DNA from: an uncultured virus (IMG/VR IMGVR_UViG_3300027851_000026)
Lineage: Duplodnaviria; Heunggongvirae; Uroviricota; Caudoviricetes
Direction: 5' to 3' (one strand)
Length of the DNA: 20,000 nucleotides
Virus record (IMG/VR): IMGVR_UViG_3300027851_000026
Below, piece after piece: positions 15,950-20,000 of the stretch; the stretch's first letter is position 1; every line of letters begins with the position of its first letter. The position numbers and the translations under genes are program-made. Below the pieces are notes generated by a model, which had not been told where the DNA came from, ran no database searches, and worked only from the letters and a program-made list of their open reading frames with translations.

Positions 15950-16014
15950 TGCACTTGTCCTCTGATGAAGTTCGAAGCGGGTGCGGAGCGATGCGAAGCA
16001 GAGCGAGCCCGCGT

Positions 16015-16305
16015 CTACACTCCTGCTTTGGAGAGGGCGGCGCGGAGAAGTTCGACGCCCCAGAGGCAGCCTTCGTCGCCGACAAGCGCTTTGCCTTCGG
16101 CGCTCTCCAGCATGGCAAGTGTGCGCTGGCACGCCTCCACCAGATCAGGAGCGGCGGAGATCAGGCGGGCGTTGGCCCCCATGCGTGCGTCGTACTTGCA
16201 TTCTGGGTGGTCGCCGTAAACGGCAGCGATCATCTGGTCGTTGGCCGCGTGAACGGAGGTTCCGTTCTCAGTCCAAGGCCCCGGCGTGTACTTCGCGTCT
16301 CCCAT
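16015..16305 (-). CDS. TPGPW...ANARLIxAAPDL family phage protein, paralog 2
   Basis: MGDAKYTPGPW...ANARLISAAPDL; GAGGAG RBS. Confidence 0.75.
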   Translation of the reverse strand: MGDAKYTPGPWTENGTSVHAANDQMIAAVYGDHPECKYDARMGANARLISAAPDLVEACQRTLAMLESAEGKALVGDEGCLWGVELLRAALSKAGV

Positions 16306-16331
16306 TTCCCTCTCCTCTATCCCGGTGTGCG

Positions 16332-16631
16332 TTAGGACGAAGCCTTGGCGATGGCGGCATTGGCCTTCACCCACCACGCGGGGCGCGTATCATCGCCAAG
16401 AGGACCGTGTGCAACGACGGCTTCTGTCAAAAGGGAAAGCAGGTCAGGCGCGGCGGCGATGAGGCGGGCGTCCGCAATGCGGGCTTGGAGCGCCGGCCCT
16501 GCGTAAGCTCTAGTGGGCATGTTGACGACGGTCAGAACCTCGGGGCCGCCGTTGATATGCGGGCCGATCCAGATGTCGCCTTGGTTGTAGTCAATGCGCC
16601 AAGGCCCCGGTGTGTGCTTCGCGGCTTCCAT
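16332..16631 (-). CDS. TPGPW...ADARLIAAAPDL family phage protein, paralog 1, first gene of the pL operon
   Basis: MEAAKHTPGPW...ADARLIAAAPDL; GAGGAG RBS. Confidence 0.75.
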   Translation of the reverse strand: MEAAKHTPGPWRIDYNQGDIWIGPHINGGPEVLTVVNMPTRAYAGPALQARIADARLIAAAPDLLSLLTEAVVAHGPLGDDTRPAWWVKANAAIAKASS

Positions 16632-16674
16632 CTTCCTCTCCTCTATCCCCGGCGCGTTTGCGGGGGCGAGGAGG

Positions 16675-16718
16675 AAGGTAATGGGAGGTTTCCCATTCGT
16701 CAATAGGAAACATCCCAA
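16675..16718 (-). promoter_or_regulatory. pL-like promoter with two operators
   Basis: Minus strand TTGACG-17 nt-TACCTT; operators ATGGGAGGTTTCCCAT (16681-16696) and ATAGGAAACATCCCAA (16703-16718). Confidence 0.8.
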
Positions 16719-16722
16719 TCTT

Positions 16723-16751
16723 TTGACGTCCGTTATCTCCCGGCGTATTCT
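16723..16751 (+). promoter_or_regulatory. Rightward sigma70-type promoter divergent from pL
   Basis: TTGACG (16723-16728), 17-nt spacer, TATTCT (16746-16751). Confidence 0.55.
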
Positions 16752-16835
16752 GCCGTTATGTCATCGAGCTGCCTGAAGGGGTTGCCCGCCAGCCTACTGC
16801 CCGACGCTACGAACTTCTTCGTGGAGAAGGCAAGC

Positions 16836-17237
16836 CTAGGCTCGGCTGCCTTTTATCCCCTCTTCGAATGCCATCGTGGCTTCGGCGTTGCCGACACGAA
16901 AACGGTAGGTGGCTCTACTCCCGCCGCCTCCGGGCAGATCGTCTCGGCGGCCGGAAATGAACAGGGTTCCGGCCCGGTTGTGAGCCCGAAGCGAAGCCGC
17001 CGAAAGGCCTAGTTGTGCAGCCAACCGGTCGGCGTCCACGCCGACCGCATTGCCTCCGTCTGTTCGCTCAAGTCTGATCGTCAACGCCGCGCCGGGCTGC
17101 GGCGCCCCGCCGCCGGACTGATACAGGAACAGGTAGTTGCGCCAAATCCATTCGCCGTCGACCTTGGCGAAGTCGGGTAGCGCCTCGCCTTGTCCCTCCG
17201 GTGGCCATTCCTCGGGGCGCCTGCTATCCGCCATCAC
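16836..17237 (-). CDS. Protein co-transcribed with cI; C-terminal half resembles DUF6522-type domain
   Basis: GTGATG overlap with cI stop; VDADRLAAQLGLSAASLRAHNRAG...YRFR pattern recognised by eye. Confidence 0.65.
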   Translation of the reverse strand: MMADSRRPEEWPPEGQGEALPDFAKVDGEWIWRNYLFLYQSGGGAPQPGAALTIRLERTDGGNAVGVDADRLAAQLGLSAASLRAHNRAGTLFISGRRDDLPGGGGSRATYRFRVGNAEATMAFEEGIKGSRA

Positions 17238-17914
17238 ATCCTCGCCCAGACGCCGACGACGCGGCCGTTGATGTAGGCCTCGCCAAGGTTGCGCTCGTAA
17301 GCCTGGAAAGCCGCGTTGGCGCTGCTGATCCGCACCCGTAGCGGGTCGCTGTTCGGCACGACCTCGACATATTTAAGAACGAGGGCCAGCCCGTCCCAAA
17401 CGACGAAAATACCGGGCGGAGAGGGAACGGTATCCTCGATGTCGACCATGACGCGCTGACCCGGCCACAGCTTAGGCTCCATGCTGTTGCCCTTGACCGC
17501 TAGTATCTTGATCCGGTTCGAGGAAATGCCGTAGGCCTCGCGAAAGCTCGCAGTCGGCATGGTGTGGACGCCGACAATAGCAACGCCTTCATCGCTCGCC
17601 ATCAGTGTCCCGTCGCCGTCGATCCCCATTCCGGCACTCGCGTGAACCTCCAGCTCGGCGATCTCGACCGTGTCGCCGGTCATTGACCGCTTCTGTGGCG
17701 GAGGCGGCGGGCGCTCGCCGGTCAGGTCGGCAAGCGTGCAACCCAGCACTTTTGCAATTTTTGCCAGCGTATCGTGCCGAGGGTTTTTTGAGCGCCCTTC
17801 GATGATGTCGCGCGCCGCAGTGTCATTGAGGCCGGCCTTCTTCGAAAGACTCTTGGCGTTCATGCCCAACAAGGTCATGCGCCGTTCGATTTGTTTGGCA
17901 ACGATGGAACTCAT
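17234..17914 (-). CDS. cI: CI-like repressor (XRE HTH plus S24 peptidase)
   Basis: HTH MNAKSLSKKAGLNDTAARDIIEGRSKNP, Ala-Gly site ASAGMG, catalytic GNSMEP and LVLKY; start 17914 or 17929. Confidence 0.92.
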   Translation of the reverse strand: MSSIVAKQIERRMTLLGMNAKSLSKKAGLNDTAARDIIEGRSKNPRHDTLAKIAKVLGCTLADLTGERPPPPPQKRSMTGDTVEIAELEVHASAGMGIDGDGTLMASDEGVAIVGVHTMPTASFREAYGISSNRIKILAVKGNSMEPKLWPGQRVMVDIEDTVPSPPGIFVVWDGLALVLKYVEVVPNSDPLRVRISSANAAFQAYERNLGEAYINGRVVGVWARM

Positions 17915-17949
17915 CCCCTGAAGATGCATCGGCAGCCGCAATCGAGATA

Positions 17950-17993
17950 ATGGGAAGTTACCCATTGACCATGGGATTTTTCCAACTTATCTT
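17950..17993 (+). promoter_or_regulatory. pR-like promoter with two operators
   Basis: TTGACC (17965-17970)-17 nt-TATCTT (17988-17993); operators ATGGGAAGTTACCCAT (17950-17965) and ATGGGATTTTTCCAAC (17971-17986). Confidence 0.8.
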
Positions 17994-18001
17994 CCGTCTC
18001 C

Positions 18002-18241
18002 ATGACAGGCACCGCATCACTTCTCGCAGAGATCGAGAGCTTCCTTGCCGAGACCGGCATGAAAAAGACCGTCTTCGGCCGCGCCGCGTTGAACGATGGA
18101 GCTTTCGTAAAGCGCCTCCAAGACGGCGCGGACGTTACGCTCGGCACAGCCGACAGGGTGCGCGCCTACATCGGCGCACAACGCGCGAAGGCCGCGCCCA
18201 AGCGTCGCCGCTCTGCCGCGGAGCAGAGGGCCACCCCATGA
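18002..18241 (+). CDS. cro: Cro-like regulator
   Basis: LLAEIESFLAETGMKKTVFGRAALNDGAFVKRLQDG, typical of alphaproteobacterial phage Cro-like proteins; divergent from cI. Confidence 0.8.
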   Translation: MTGTASLLAEIESFLAETGMKKTVFGRAALNDGAFVKRLQDGADVTLGTADRVRAYIGAQRAKAAPKRRRSAAEQRATP

Positions 18242-18549
18242 CCATAGACCCGGAGAAGCTGGAAGAGGCGGCCGAACACTTGAGCAAGCAGGCTCAAACC
18301 GAACACGATTGGATTCATGTGCGGCGCTCGCAGGTTGTCATTGCGGTTGAAGCCGCCCGCATCACGCTCAATTCCCTCCCCCGATACAAGGAGGTGGAAG
18401 TGGAAAGCTGGGCGACGTTCTTTCATGACGGGCGCATCTGCAGTTCTGGCCTGACAGAAAAGGAAGCGCGAGGGGCAGCGGCTCGCAGCCCTCTTGAACA
18501 GGTCGCCGTCCGCCTCACCGGCACAGCCAAGGTGACGGTGACGCCGTGA
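18238..18549 (+). CDS. Hypothetical protein
   Basis: Start reassigned to ATG 18238 (ATGA overlap, GAGG RBS). Confidence 0.65.
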   Translation: MTIDPEKLEEAAEHLSKQAQTEHDWIHVRRSQVVIAVEAARITLNSLPRYKEVEVESWATFFHDGRICSSGLTEKEARGAAARSPLEQVAVRLTGTAKVTVTP

Positions 18550-18713
18550 GCACTTGGGAGGACGCCTGCGACCCTGTGCCGGCAAGGCGGGAACTGACGG
18601 ACATGGAAAAGCGCCGTCTGGCCGCCCTCATGGAGCTTCGACGCCGGCAAAGGATTGCGCCCGCCGATTCGGTGTCGGGCGTTGACCGCGACTTCGAAGA
18701 CATGGGTGCTTAG
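18546..18713 (+). CDS. Hypothetical 55-aa protein
   Basis: GTG start overlapping the upstream stop; MSTWEDACDPVPARRELTDMEKRRLAALMELRRRQR...; below the ORF-track cutoff. Confidence 0.5.
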   Translation: MSTWEDACDPVPARRELTDMEKRRLAALMELRRRQRIAPADSVSGVDRDFEDMGA

Positions 18714-19277
18714 GTGGAGCGCGACGGCATCGGGTACTTCGAGGAACTGCAGGCAGAGCGAGAGGCCATACTCGCCAACGTGGCGCCGCGGCATCGCGAG
18801 AGGCTTCGCGGCTGGGCGCCCCCGCAGGTGCAGCCCAAGACACACCAGATCACGGTCAACCTGAAGACGGGCGAGCGCGAGGTTTCCGAGGTTGACGCCC
18901 GGCCTAAGCGCCGCCGTCCCGCTCCCAAACTGGCCGATGTCGGCATCTACGTGGCCCGTGGACTTCCGCGAATCCCGAGACAGGAAGCGTTCCGCCTCAT
19001 CGCCGCGGTGGGTTCCGAGTGGGAGGTGTCGCAGCACGCCCTGGTGAGCCCGAGCCGGACGCACCGCACATCTCGCCCGCGCTTTGCCTGCTACTGGCTG
19101 CTTGCCGAGCGCCTGCGGTTCTCCCTCCCGCGCATTGGCCGCCTGATGGGCAACCGCGATCACACCACCGTTTTGTCGGGAATCCGCCGCGCCAAGGATC
19201 TGCTTGAGAGCGATTGCGGATGGCGCGCCAAATACGAGGCCGTCGTGGCAAAGCTCGACGCGGCAGGTGCGCCATGA
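18714..19277 (+). CDS. Protein with DnaA C-terminal (Bac_DnaA_C-like) HTH domain
   Basis: R.....PRFACYWL...LRFSLPRIGRLMGNRDHTTVLSGIRR signature; no AAA+ domain. Confidence 0.85.
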   Translation: MERDGIGYFEELQAEREAILANVAPRHRERLRGWAPPQVQPKTHQITVNLKTGEREVSEVDARPKRRRPAPKLADVGIYVARGLPRIPRQEAFRLIAAVGSEWEVSQHALVSPSRTHRTSRPRFACYWLLAERLRFSLPRIGRLMGNRDHTTVLSGIRRAKDLLESDCGWRAKYEAVVAKLDAAGAP

Positions 19278-19613
19278 CCGCATCACTCGCCCGAATGGAA
19301 GAGGGGAAGCCGTCGGCCTTGGGGCGCTGCTTGTTGGCGACCAACGACTTCCCCCTGCGGCAACCGCGCCGCATCTCGATTCATCCGGGCCTCGTCTCGA
19401 TTCCTGGCAGTCAATCCGTTCTCGAAACTCCCTCCCAGCCTTGCCCCCTCGGCTGGGAACCTTGCGGCAGCGTCCGTCATCCCACTGGTGGGCGCTGCCG
19501 CACTTTCATTTCCCTCACGAAGCACGATCAGCTTGGCGGCGATTTGCTTCGTGAGGGAGCCCAGCGGCTTCCATGTTTCGACCTTCGTCATGGGTCTCAA
19601 CATGAGGGAAGCC

Positions 19614-20000
19614 ATGATCGCGAAGTCGTCAAAGCCTGCCGGGAGTTTGGCAATGTCTGCCGCGTATTCGGCAATTGAGAAAGTGCGCCCCATGCTGGCC
19701 GCCATCGGCGGTCCGCGCTCGTGGGACGACACCAAGGACCACTGGCGAAACAAGCTCGCCCGCAAGGTCGGAATCAACGCCCGGCGCATTCGGGCAATCC
19801 TCTCTGGCACCGAAGAAGTAAGGCTCACAGCCGATGAATATCTCAGCATTGAAGCGCAGTTTCAGGCGCGGGTCGCAGAGCTTGACCGTCGCCTTTCAGA
19901 GGACCTGCAGGCCCTCGACGGAACGTCAGGCCCTTCGCCTGCTGGCCAGAGCGGAGCGGGAAGAGCGCAGGATTCGCGAGCGTGTCGCCCTAGTTCTTTC
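19614..20000 (+). CDS. HTH-containing early regulator (CII-like position), truncated by window edge
   Basis: GAGGGA RBS, ATG 19614, frame open to the end: MIAKSSK...WDDTKDHWRNKLARKVGINARRIRAILSG. Confidence 0.65.
   Translation, partial: MIAKSSKPAGSLAMSAAYSAIEKVRPMLAAIGGPRSWDDTKDHWRNKLARKVGINARRIRAILSGTEEVRLTADEYLSIEAQFQARVAELDRRLSEDLQALDGTSGPSPAGQSGAGRAQDSRACRPSSF

Noticed and set aside
5558..16012. Hairpin repeats as a CRISPR array or classical integron
   Set aside because: Spacing is irregular and gene-sized and no cas genes are present. No GTTRRRY/RYYYAAC attC boxes were seen, and the integrase has an arm-binding domain and a tRNA-type attP like an ordinary phage Int.
18714..19277. Chromosomal dnaA gene
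   Set aside because: Only the C-terminal HTH domain is present, with no AAA+ Walker motifs, in phage context.
19214..19849. ORFs 19214-19678 (+) and 19283-19849 (-)
   Set aside because: Not protein-like and they conflict with the better supported ORF from 19614; the 19280-19600 interval remains unexplained.

Overview
Segment of a temperate, lambdoid-organised tailed phage, probably infecting an alphaproteobacterium (inferred from GC content and gene families). From left to right: (i) about 2 kb of lower-GC DNA (~50% by eye) with virion/packaging-like genes, joined inside a 278-aa ORF to high-GC DNA (~63-65%); (ii) a lysis cassette (holin candidate, SleB-type endolysin, Rz/Rz1-like spanins); (iii) a long leftward early/accessory region (4548-16631) with a tyrosine integrase, an intact attP-like site carrying a tRNA 3' end, an excisionase, HNH, NinB, RecT/Bet, Gp157 and many small ORFs; (iv) an immunity switch (pL, cI, pR, cro, four related 16-bp operators) and early rightward genes. 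The most unusual signal is a family of about 11 imperfect hairpin elements at gene junctions of the accessory region. A ~1-kb tandem duplication there has an identical 529-bp core but different genes swapped precisely, start codon to stop codon, between inverted hairpin copies, suggesting a gene-cassette exchange system. A tRNA-like cloverleaf embedded in a larger structured leader RNA is a second notable element. All protein family calls come from motif recognition by eye; no database searches were run.
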